From positions 1 through 36,150 of IMG/VR virus record IMGVR_UViG_3300024988_000239: 36,150 nt of DNA; one strand, 5' to 3'. The notes under the pieces are model-generated. The model saw only the letters and a list, made by a program, of their open reading frames with translations. It was not told where the DNA came from and did not search any database. This document shows positions 8,219 through 16,802 of this stretch, in pieces (the stretch's first letter is position 1; every line of letters begins with the position of its first letter). The translations under genes were made by a program, and so were the position numbers. The stretch is from a virus. Taxonomy: Duplodnaviria; Caudoviricetes.

Positions 8219-11200
8219 CGATTCCGGAAAAATATGGTACTCAACAGGTATTGATAATTCCCAATTACAGAAGGATGCTGAAAAAGCCAAAGGGCTTATC
8301 GGTGGCATCGGCCAAAAGGCGGTTGATGAGGGTAACAGGATTGATAATACCCTTAGCAACCTTAGCCGGGCTGTTGCAACTGTTTTTACCATTCAGCAGG
8401 CAACCAATTTTGCCCGTGAGATAGCAAACGTCAGAGGAGAATTCCAACAGTTGGAGATCGCTTTTACCACCATGCTCAGAAGCAAGGAGAGGGCAGATAA
8501 ACTCATGCTGGAAGTTGTGGACTTTGCAGCGACCACTCCATTCGACCTTCAGGGGGTGGCATCGGGTGCTAAACAGTTATTAGCTTATGGATTTACAGCA
8601 GATAGTATCCGTGAAAATCTCACCATGTTGGGTAACGTTGCTGCTGGTGTTGGTTCGCAGATTGGAGATATAATCTACCTGTACGGAACACTTAACGCTC
8701 AGGGTAAAGTGATGACCAAAGACCTGATGCAATTTGCAGGTCGAGGAATTCCGATCTACAAAGAGCTTGCAGCCGTACTTCAGGTAACAGAAAAAGAAGT
8801 GATGGACTTAGCATCATCCGGTCAGCTTTCCTTTCAGCATGTCGAGCAGGCTTTCAAAAACATGGTGAGCTCATCCGGAATGTTTCACAATCTGATGCAG
8901 GAGCAATCCAAATCCATCACAGGGCAGCTTTCCAACTTACGGGACTCCATCGATCAGATGTTTAACGAGATGGGTCAATCATCGGAAGGTGTAATTACAA
9001 GTGCTATTTCGGGTGCTTCGTATTTGGTGGAAAACTACCAAAAGGTGGGAGAAATTATTGCATCCCTTGTTGCCCTTTATGGAACCTACAAGGCTGCTGT
9101 GATGGTATTCAATGTTGCTCAATCCACATCCATCGCTTTAAGCAAGGGCTGGACAGTTGCTGAGCTGGCAAAGTTCAAAGCGCTGGTAATGGTTGAAGGA
9201 GCTCAAAAACTCCTCAATAAAACCATGCTGGCCAATCCTTATGTTGCAGCAACAATGGCTGTTGTTTCACTAACAACTGCTTTAACCTTTTACGCCCGCA
9301 GTGCAAAGAAAGCCCAATCAGAAACTCAAATGCTGGGCGACATTACAAAGGAAGCGGAGACTAATATCAAAGCGGAGATTACGGAACTTTCAGGCCTTAG
9401 AAAGGTGCTGGATGATTCCACTAAGGGTTATTCCGATAGAAAGAAAGCACTGGATAAAATAAAGGAGATTGTACCCGAATATCACGCATCACTCACTACC
9501 GAAGGGACGCTGATAGATAATAATTCCGAAGCACTGGATAGCTATGTAAAGAAGCTCAAATACACCGAACAGGTACGAATCGCTGTTGCTAAACAGGCAG
9601 AAGCTCAGGAGGCACTCGATAGCTGGAAAGCCAAAAATAGGGATGTTCTTGCTAATGCAGTAGCTAAAAAATACGGTGGTCGGGAGAATGAGATGTTTGC
9701 CGGAGAAAAGGCGGCCATGGACATCTACAAGCGACTTTCGGATGAGGCACACAAATACTCACTGGTGATTGATAAGCTTCAGGAAGAAATGCTTAAGGTA
9801 ACTCCTGACAGTCCTGATTTCACAGCACCTGAAAAGGAGGATAAAAACTCAGCTAAACTACTCGATCAGATTAAGAACGAAAAGATTGAAATCCAACGGA
9901 CAAAGGAGGATTTATACTTCAAACGTGTGGAAGCAGAACTCGAACTATTGGAAGATGGTTCTGCCAAAGAGCTGGCTCAACTGGAACTTAATTTCCGTCG
10001 AAAGATTACCGAAATCAACCGACAGGAGGATGAACTTCTTCAGGTTCTTCGCAATCATGCCAAAAAGGAATGGGAAGCAAAAGGTGGTCAGGGAACTTTT
10101 AACGAAAACTCCATCACTCTACCTAAGGAGCAGGCCGATGAGTTTGAACGCATGAGGGATGCCGAAAGTAAGGCTTACGACGTTGCCCAGGGTAATGTGT
10201 ACAAAAAACTCCTTGTGAAATACCAAACCTATGCTGAACAAAGGAAAAGCATCGAGGAGAAGTTTCAAAAGGACATTGCCGAGCTTTCAACCAAATTCGG
10301 AGCTGATAGTTCGGCTGTAAAGGTTGCCAACGAGCAAATGAAGCAAGCACTCGATGAGCTGGCCAAAGAAGTGCTTCAGGATAACGGTTCCGGATTGTTG
10401 GACTTATACCTTTTTGGTGATGGAACGGATTTTCTCACTTCCAAAATCAAAGAGGCACTTCCGCTATTCAAGGATATCACCAAACTATCCTACAACGAGC
10501 TTTCAAAGGTTAAGGAAATCATCGGTAAAGTGACTTTTACCGACGAGCAGTTAGCACTGTTTGAAGAAGCTGGTATCGATGTCGAGAAACTCAAAACGGC
10601 ACTGGATGAAGCTAAAGAGTCAGCCGATGAGATGCTGGATGTTAAGGCATGGGAAAAGGTTGTTGAGATGGCCCGAAAACTTTCTGATTCACTGGGTGAG
10701 TTAGGAGACTCACTTTCTACCTTTTCAGGAGCACTAGGTGAAATCGGAAAAGCTATTTCCGGCATATCAGGTAGTTTGGATGATGTGCTTACTGCATTTG
10801 ATAAAAACGCTACTTCAACGGATATCGTCAGTGCTGGTATTTCCGGACTTTCCACACTGCTTTCCATGGTAGGCAATCAGATAGCTGAAAACAAGCAGGC
10901 TCAGGAGGACTGGAATCAAAAGATACTCGAATCAGCTCACAACATGTCATTGGCTCGCATCGAGATGGAAGCCTATAGGGAATCCAACATCTTCGGTGTA
11001 GAAAATCCCTATGCAAAGGCTATAGCCGGAGCACGGCAGTATTCATCTGCTATGCTGGAGCTCAAAGCAACTGCCAACACTCTTTCTCAGGGACAGGTAC
11101 AAACCGGAACCAAACAACAGGTAGATGCCGGCAATGTCGCTACAGGAATAGGCGCAGGAGCTGCCATAGGCGCAGCCGTGGGCTCTTTTATCCCTGTAAT

Positions 11201-12065
11201 AGGCAACTTGCTGGGAGCAGCTATTGGTGCTGTTATCGGAGGAATAGCAGGAGCTGTAACCACCAAAACAGTTCCGGTATTTGAGACACTGGCTAAAACC
11301 TATGGTGAGATATTCGACAAAGATACTTTCGAACTCAACCCTCAGATACTGGCTGATTACGATAAACTGGATGAAGCAACAAAGTCTATCATTGATAACT
11401 GGCAGGAGATAGCCGATAAAGCCCGGGAAGCGCAGGAGCAAATGCGTCAAACCTTCTCGGATCTGGCCGGAGAAATTGGCTCGATGCTTTCCGATGAGCT
11501 GGTAAATGCTTTTCGAGGTGGAGATGTCTTCGGGGCTGTTGATTCCTTCAAAGGTAAAGTGACAACGGTAATAGAGGATATACTTTCACAATTCATTTTT
11601 GCTCAATACTTCGAAGGATTATTCAATAATCTCGAAAAGGAGATGATGGATAGCTTTGGCTATGATGGAGACCAAAATATTGTGGATGATATTGTTCGGT
11701 TTTCGGAAAGTTATAAAAATGCTTTGGGAGAATACTCTCAGGCAATGACAACGGTACAGGAAGAACTGGCCAAACAGGGCTTCGATATTTTCACCAATGC
11801 CCGAGTGGGTGCCAGCAAAGGTTTTCAGTCGATGTCTCAGGAGTCTGCCAATGAGCTAAACGGCAGGTTTACCGCTATTCAGGCGCATACTTATCAAATC
11901 TCAGAAAGCATTAAAAGCTTGCTGATAAACAGTGCTCAATCACTGAAATACTTATCGGGTATTGAAAGCCATACTTCAAGGCTTGAAACGATAGAAAAGT
12001 TTCTGGGTAGTTTAAAGTCAGGTATCGATGATATTAACATCAAAGGAGTGTACATAAGAGGATGA
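8211..12065 (+). CDS. Tail tape measure protein
   Basis: 1284 aa, helical. FAATTPFDL and GQLSNLRD tape-measure domain motifs, glycine-zipper hydrophobic segment near the C-terminus. Confidence 0.93.
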   Translation: MINDSGKIWYSTGIDNSQLQKDAEKAKGLIGGIGQKAVDEGNRIDNTLSNLSRAVATVFTIQQATNFAREIANVRGEFQQLEIAFTTMLRSKERADKLMLEVVDFAATTPFDLQGVASGAKQLLAYGFTADSIRENLTMLGNVAAGVGSQIGDIIYLYGTLNAQGKVMTKDLMQFAGRGIPIYKELAAVLQVTEKEVMDLASSGQLSFQHVEQAFKNMVSSSGMFHNLMQEQSKSITGQLSNLRDSIDQMFNEMGQSSEGVITSAISGASYLVENYQKVGEIIASLVALYGTYKAAVMVFNVAQSTSIALSKGWTVAELAKFKALVMVEGAQKLLNKTMLANPYVAATMAVVSLTTALTFYARSAKKAQSETQMLGDITKEAETNIKAEITELSGLRKVLDDSTKGYSDRKKALDKIKEIVPEYHASLTTEGTLIDNNSEALDSYVKKLKYTEQVRIAVAKQAEAQEALDSWKAKNRDVLANAVAKKYGGRENEMFAGEKAAMDIYKRLSDEAHKYSLVIDKLQEEMLKVTPDSPDFTAPEKEDKNSAKLLDQIKNEKIEIQRTKEDLYFKRVEAELELLEDGSAKELAQLELNFRRKITEINRQEDELLQVLRNHAKKEWEAKGGQGTFNENSITLPKEQADEFERMRDAESKAYDVAQGNVYKKLLVKYQTYAEQRKSIEEKFQKDIAELSTKFGADSSAVKVANEQMKQALDELAKEVLQDNGSGLLDLYLFGDGTDFLTSKIKEALPLFKDITKLSYNELSKVKEIIGKVTFTDEQLALFEEAGIDVEKLKTALDEAKESADEMLDVKAWEKVVEMARKLSDSLGELGDSLSTFSGALGEIGKAISGISGSLDDVLTAFDKNATSTDIVSAGISGLSTLLSMVGNQIAENKQAQEDWNQKILESAHNMSLARIEMEAYRESNIFGVENPYAKAIAGARQYSSAMLELKATANTLSQGQVQTGTKQQVDAGNVATGIGAGAAIGAAVGSFIPVIGNLLGAAIGAVIGGIAGAVTTKTVPVFETLAKTYGEIFDKDTFELNPQILADYDKLDEATKSIIDNWQEIADKAREAQEQMRQTFSDLAGEIGSMLSDELVNAFRGGDVFGAVDSFKGKVTTVIEDILSQFIFAQYFEGLFNNLEKEMMDSFGYDGDQNIVDDIVRFSESYKNALGEYSQAMTTVQEELAKQGFDIFTNARVGASKGFQSMSQESANELNGRFTAIQAHTYQISESIKSLLINSAQSLKYLSGIESHTSRLETIEKFLGSLKSGIDDINIKGVYIRG

Positions 12066-12865
12066 ACGGTGTTTTTATTGTTAATGGGATTAGTTCTGAA
12101 AGCATGGGTGTTTATCTGATGGAGGACAGCTATGCTTCACTGCTTTCTTATCCACCACTAAAGGAACCACTTCAAAACAGTTGGGCAGAAGAAGATGGAC
12201 TTGAAGTGGATTTGTCAGCTCCAAAGCTGGATGTTGCAATCCGCAAATTACACTTCATTTCACTTTCAGGAAGGATTGATGAGTTCATAGCAACGCTTTT
12301 ATCCACTACTAAATCAGAGTTCATGTTTCCGGATTTAGGGCTTAATATCACACTTCGTTACATGGATTGTGAATCGTTTGAGCTGTATTCCGGTGCTGTG
12401 TTTACGCTTACTTTTTCCCAAGATGTGCCCATTGATGGATATACCTACACTTCACCATACTGGCTCAAAGTAGGTAGTCAGGGTGTTTCAATTGATGGAG
12501 TGGATTTAAGTTCCTACGGTATTCAGGTGTTGGAAAACACGCTTTCAAATACCCGAAAAGCTCCGGCAGCAAAAGAGGTAACCCTCATCAACTCTCTTTC
12601 ACTTCATGGACAAAAAGTCGATGAAACAAAACTAAGGAGGAAAGCCCGGGAAGTAACCCTTCATCTTTTTCTCCGGTGTGAGTACGATTATCAGTTCCTT
12701 ACAAATTACCATGCTTTTCTGCACGACCTAATACTTCCAAAGGAAAGGGATTTGGGGGTTGATGGCCGGATATATAAATGCTATTACAAGCGCTCTGAAA
12801 TAAGGCATTTTACACTTGGAAACGGTGTGTGGTGTGAATTTGATGTTGTGTTTTGCTTAACGTAG
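12062..12865 (+). CDS. Putative distal tail protein (two similar halves)
   Basis: Follows the tape measure gene. Halves FIVNGISSESMGVYL...PPLKE and VSIDGVDLSSYGIQV...PAAKE resemble each other. Confidence 0.7.
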   Translation: MNGVFIVNGISSESMGVYLMEDSYASLLSYPPLKEPLQNSWAEEDGLEVDLSAPKLDVAIRKLHFISLSGRIDEFIATLLSTTKSEFMFPDLGLNITLRYMDCESFELYSGAVFTLTFSQDVPIDGYTYTSPYWLKVGSQGVSIDGVDLSSYGIQVLENTLSNTRKAPAAKEVTLINSLSLHGQKVDETKLRRKAREVTLHLFLRCEYDYQFLTNYHAFLHDLILPKERDLGVDGRIYKCYYKRSEIRHFTLGNGVWCEFDVVFCLT

Positions 12866-12868
12866 GAT

Positions 12869-15307
12869 ATGAAGTTATTTGATAAAGGTGGTGATGAAAT
12901 AGTTGATTTGATTGTAGGGGATGATAGCTACCGGAATCGAAGAATTATGGGGGAGGATTCCATCACCCTCAAAGTACAGCTATTTGAACATATAGAAATC
13001 CCTGTTGGTGCATACTGTTTGCATCAGGGGGAAACTTATACCCTTTTACGGCCTCAAAATATAAGGAAAAACCACACCCGCAGTCTTGAATATACGCTTA
13101 TTTTGGAGGCTTATGCCGCTAAACTGGGGCTTTATAAGTTCAGGGATACAACAACAGGAAAGCTGAAATTCTCACTCACTGGTAAGCCTTCAGATTTTAT
13201 GGCCATGCTATTGGACAACCTCAATCAAAGGGAGCCGGGCTGGACTTTGGGTACTTGTATTGAAGCAAGTGAGAAAACCATTTCTTTTAATCATAACAAC
13301 TGTAACGAAGCATTGAAATTCATTGCAGATGCTTTCGAAACAGAATTTGAAATAATTGGAAAAATCATTTCTCTACATAAAGTAGAATATGGCAAGGAAT
13401 CTCCATTGGCTCTTTCCTATGGCAAAGGGAACGGCTTTAGAACGGGAGTAAGAAGGGAGAATTTCGAGAACTCTAACGCAATAGATATTCTCTTTGTGCA
13501 GGGAGGAACCCGAAACATCGATGCCAGCAAGTACGGATCAACAGAGCTTTTACTTCCTAAGAGCCAAACACTCACCTACGAAGGTAGAACATACCAAACC
13601 GATGAATCCGGACTATTCGTTAGTCAGGCGGATAAGACTATTTCTTTCAACGTGGAAGATAGCCTGGACTGTGCTCACTTCTATCCATCACGGGTTGGAA
13701 AGGTTTCTTCAGTGGTTGTGGTAAATGCCTCAAAGAATTTTTACGACTTTATCGATGCCACCATTCCGGAAGAGCTGAACTACAAGGACTGTCTTATAGC
13801 TGGTGAAAAAATGACTGTCGTTTTTCAATCCGGAATGCTTGCCGGAAAGGAGTTTGACTGCGACTATTCTCATCAGGATAGAAAATTCCAGATTGTCCCT
13901 CAGGAAATTGATGGGCAGATAATGCCTAATGAAATCTTCAAACCTGTTATCGATGATTCCTATGCTATCTTCGGGATTTCACTACCTGAGGCATACATAT
14001 GCAATAACTCTGATAAATCGGGCTCTTCATGGGATATGTTCCGTGAAGCTGTCAGATATTTATACGAGAATGAAGACCCTCGTTTTTCCTTCACAGGTGA
14101 GCTCGACCCGATTTGGGCAAAAAGGCAATGGCTGGAAATAGGTTCAAAAATCCGATTGGGTGGATATGTGGCTTTTACCGACGAACAGTTTCAGGCGGAA
14201 CCAGTGCTGATACGCATTATTGGCATTAAGGATTACATCAATTCTCCTTACAGTCCTGAGATAGAACTTTCCAATGTGACTATCGGAGGTGGCTTTTCCA
14301 ATACCATTAAAAAGCTGGAAACAACCGAAGTCGTAGTGGAACAAAAACATCAAGAGTCTATACGGTTTGCAAAAAGGGGATTTCGTGCAGCGCAAGAAAC
14401 AACCGAACTACTCAAAGATGCTTTCTCCAACTTTAACGGCTCGATATCCCCCGTAACCATCAGTACGATGCAGCTTTTGGTTGGTGATGAAAGCCTGCAA
14501 TTCCGCTTTGTTGATTCAAGTGATACTTCCATCGAAGTAAACCACCTTATTTCCTTTGATGCCGGAACTAAGATTCTACGTGCAGAAGCAGGGGTTATTC
14601 AGCACATGACTATCGGGGTTGAACAGATTTCCACTTCTCACAACCGGAAAGTATGGTTTATGGAAGCATATCAGTCGCCCTATTTGGATAAACCGGACAC
14701 GGCATACTACTTATACGCCAAAGTTGAGCGGGATGGGGATACGGGCGCTTTCCTGCTTTCAGAAAAACCAGTAAAGATGGAGGAGTTCACCGGATATTTT
14801 CATCTATTGGTGGCCATTGTTAACTCAGAATATCAGGGAGACAGAAGTATCGCCACCTTGTATGGATTTTCAGAAATTCTGCCCGGGAGGATTACAACAA
14901 AAAGGATAGTTTCATCGGATGGAAAAACCTATTTCGACCTTCAAAACAACCAGATTGGAGGGAATATAAAATTCATCTCAACGGATGGGGATTACACCGA
15001 TATTAACGACAAGATAACCGATGTAGAAGAAAACGTAACTTATAAAGTAGAGATTTTCAGCACAAACGGAAATACATTTCGTAATGATTTAATTGATACT
15101 ACTCTTATAGCGATGGTTTACAGAGGCAAAGAAGAAATTACATCAACTCTACCTCACACAGCCTTTCGATGGGTGCGTCAATCAGACAATCCCGATTCAG
15201 ACACAATTTGGAATCAAAGGTATTCAACTTTTCATTCTCATGTGCTCGTAATCAACAGCGATGATGTTGATGGTAGGGCTGTATTTAATTGTCAGGTAAG
15301 CATTTAA
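12869..15307 (+). CDS. Tail tip/baseplate hub (Tal-like) protein with a C-terminal Ig-like domain
   Basis: Synteny. IMGEDSITL, LSYGKGNG and GGTRNI motifs. Terminal Ig-like domain ~15041-15307. Confidence 0.8.
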   Translation: MKLFDKGGDEIVDLIVGDDSYRNRRIMGEDSITLKVQLFEHIEIPVGAYCLHQGETYTLLRPQNIRKNHTRSLEYTLILEAYAAKLGLYKFRDTTTGKLKFSLTGKPSDFMAMLLDNLNQREPGWTLGTCIEASEKTISFNHNNCNEALKFIADAFETEFEIIGKIISLHKVEYGKESPLALSYGKGNGFRTGVRRENFENSNAIDILFVQGGTRNIDASKYGSTELLLPKSQTLTYEGRTYQTDESGLFVSQADKTISFNVEDSLDCAHFYPSRVGKVSSVVVVNASKNFYDFIDATIPEELNYKDCLIAGEKMTVVFQSGMLAGKEFDCDYSHQDRKFQIVPQEIDGQIMPNEIFKPVIDDSYAIFGISLPEAYICNNSDKSGSSWDMFREAVRYLYENEDPRFSFTGELDPIWAKRQWLEIGSKIRLGGYVAFTDEQFQAEPVLIRIIGIKDYINSPYSPEIELSNVTIGGGFSNTIKKLETTEVVVEQKHQESIRFAKRGFRAAQETTELLKDAFSNFNGSISPVTISTMQLLVGDESLQFRFVDSSDTSIEVNHLISFDAGTKILRAEAGVIQHMTIGVEQISTSHNRKVWFMEAYQSPYLDKPDTAYYLYAKVERDGDTGAFLLSEKPVKMEEFTGYFHLLVAIVNSEYQGDRSIATLYGFSEILPGRITTKRIVSSDGKTYFDLQNNQIGGNIKFISTDGDYTDINDKITDVEENVTYKVEIFSTNGNTFRNDLIDTTLIAMVYRGKEEITSTLPHTAFRWVRQSDNPDSDTIWNQRYSTFHSHVLVINSDDVDGRAVFNCQVSI

Positions 15308-15332
15308 AAATTTTCAATCATTAAATAAGAAT

Positions 15333-16739
15333 ATGGCAAAATTAGTTTCAACAGGACAAATTACCATCGTTGATAATAACGATGCAAGGCCGATAACGGC
15401 ATTTATCACTGCTAGTCAGGGAACACAACAAATCTACACAAAGGATGAAAGCACAGTTACCTCAGTTCCAAACTGGTCATCGACTCCCAATATATTAAGT
15501 GCTAAGGTTTATGTTGGTGGTACTTCTTCGGCAGTTGATGTAACAGCACAGTTAGCAAACAGAAAGTGGTCGAATGATCTTAATACATCTATTGGAAGTG
15601 GAACAACCCTGACAGTAAACACAAACATGGACCCGGTTTCTGCTCCATCTAAAGTGTACTACTTTGAAGCTGACTATACCGATCCTATTACTGGACTGGT
15701 TTCTCATATTATAGCTCAAATCACACTAACAGTTGTCCGTACTGGTACCAATGCTGTATATCTCTTACCAAGAGGAACGACTGCTATTCAGCAAGCTGAC
15801 GGGAGTACTAAAAATGTGGCAGTAGTTTGTGTTGACTTGGTTCGTGCAGCAGGAATTGACACCTCGGGTATTACCTATAAATTCTACGAGTCAAATGGTA
15901 CGGTTCAGGTTACTACCTCCATGAATACGAAATACGGAATGAAAACCACTTCCACCTCATCTGCTCCAACAGGAACGGCATCGGACATTGGAAGTAATCT
16001 GCCGGCTTCCAATGCCTGGTCAGCGCATAATACACTGGTTATTCACGAAACGGCAGTTGCCGATATTGCTGTGTTCCGTGCTGAAGCTAAAGATGCTGAT
16101 GGCAATATCTATCAGTGTTATTTTACTATTTATGATGTTTCTGATCCATATGAAGTTAAGCTCATCTCTACAGCCGGAGAGAAACTTCAAAACGGAGTAG
16201 GAAGTACAAATATCTATCCCATGGTTTGGAACGGAGCAAGTCAACTGAGTTTGGGTGATACTGCCAACTGGTCGTTCACGTGGTTTTTCTACGATGGCGC
16301 TGCTCCTGGCAATCGTGCCGGATTTATTGATACAACCCGAACAGCCGTTGCAGGTGGACGAAGTATAACGTCAAATACTGCTGGAGCAGGTAGTGTGATA
16401 ACATATTCGGGTGCTGCAATCACTTTTGCTGCTGGTGATATGGTGAAAATTGTAAAGGGAGATGGAACCGCCAAATACTATGAAGTAGCAAGTGGAACAA
16501 CTACATCCAACCTTACATTAAGAACCGCTACAGTTTCAACATTCCTAAATAGTCCATGGCCTGCTGCTTCGATTACATCCAATGAATTTGCGGGAGGTAA
16601 ACTTTATGTGTGTACAGGTTCGGGAAGCACTGCCGGAACAAGAACAACAACGGGTACTGGTTCTTCCAACTTCATCACGGTAACAGGTGATGAAATTGAT
16701 GGTAAAGGAACCATTATCTGTGAAGCAAATCGCCCATAA
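15333..16739 (+). CDS. Tail fibre/filament subunit with tandem Ig-like domains
   Basis: Thr/Ser/Gly-rich beta protein. The last domain aligns by eye with the C-terminal domain of the upstream Tal-like protein. Confidence 0.72.
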   Translation: MAKLVSTGQITIVDNNDARPITAFITASQGTQQIYTKDESTVTSVPNWSSTPNILSAKVYVGGTSSAVDVTAQLANRKWSNDLNTSIGSGTTLTVNTNMDPVSAPSKVYYFEADYTDPITGLVSHIIAQITLTVVRTGTNAVYLLPRGTTAIQQADGSTKNVAVVCVDLVRAAGIDTSGITYKFYESNGTVQVTTSMNTKYGMKTTSTSSAPTGTASDIGSNLPASNAWSAHNTLVIHETAVADIAVFRAEAKDADGNIYQCYFTIYDVSDPYEVKLISTAGEKLQNGVGSTNIYPMVWNGASQLSLGDTANWSFTWFFYDGAAPGNRAGFIDTTRTAVAGGRSITSNTAGAGSVITYSGAAITFAAGDMVKIVKGDGTAKYYEVASGTTTSNLTLRTATVSTFLNSPWPAASITSNEFAGGKLYVCTGSGSTAGTRTTTGTGSSNFITVTGDEIDGKGTIICEANRP

Positions 16740-16748
16740 TTATTCTAC

Positions 16749-16779
16749 GAGGGCTGTTGAGTAGCAGCCCTCTTTTTTT
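16749..16779 (+). terminator. Intra-operon terminator or mRNA-stabilising hairpin
   Basis: GAGGGCTGTT-gagt-AGCAGCCCTC followed by T7. Confidence 0.8.
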
Positions 16780-16802
16780 ACGAACAGACTTTTTACGTTG
16801 AC

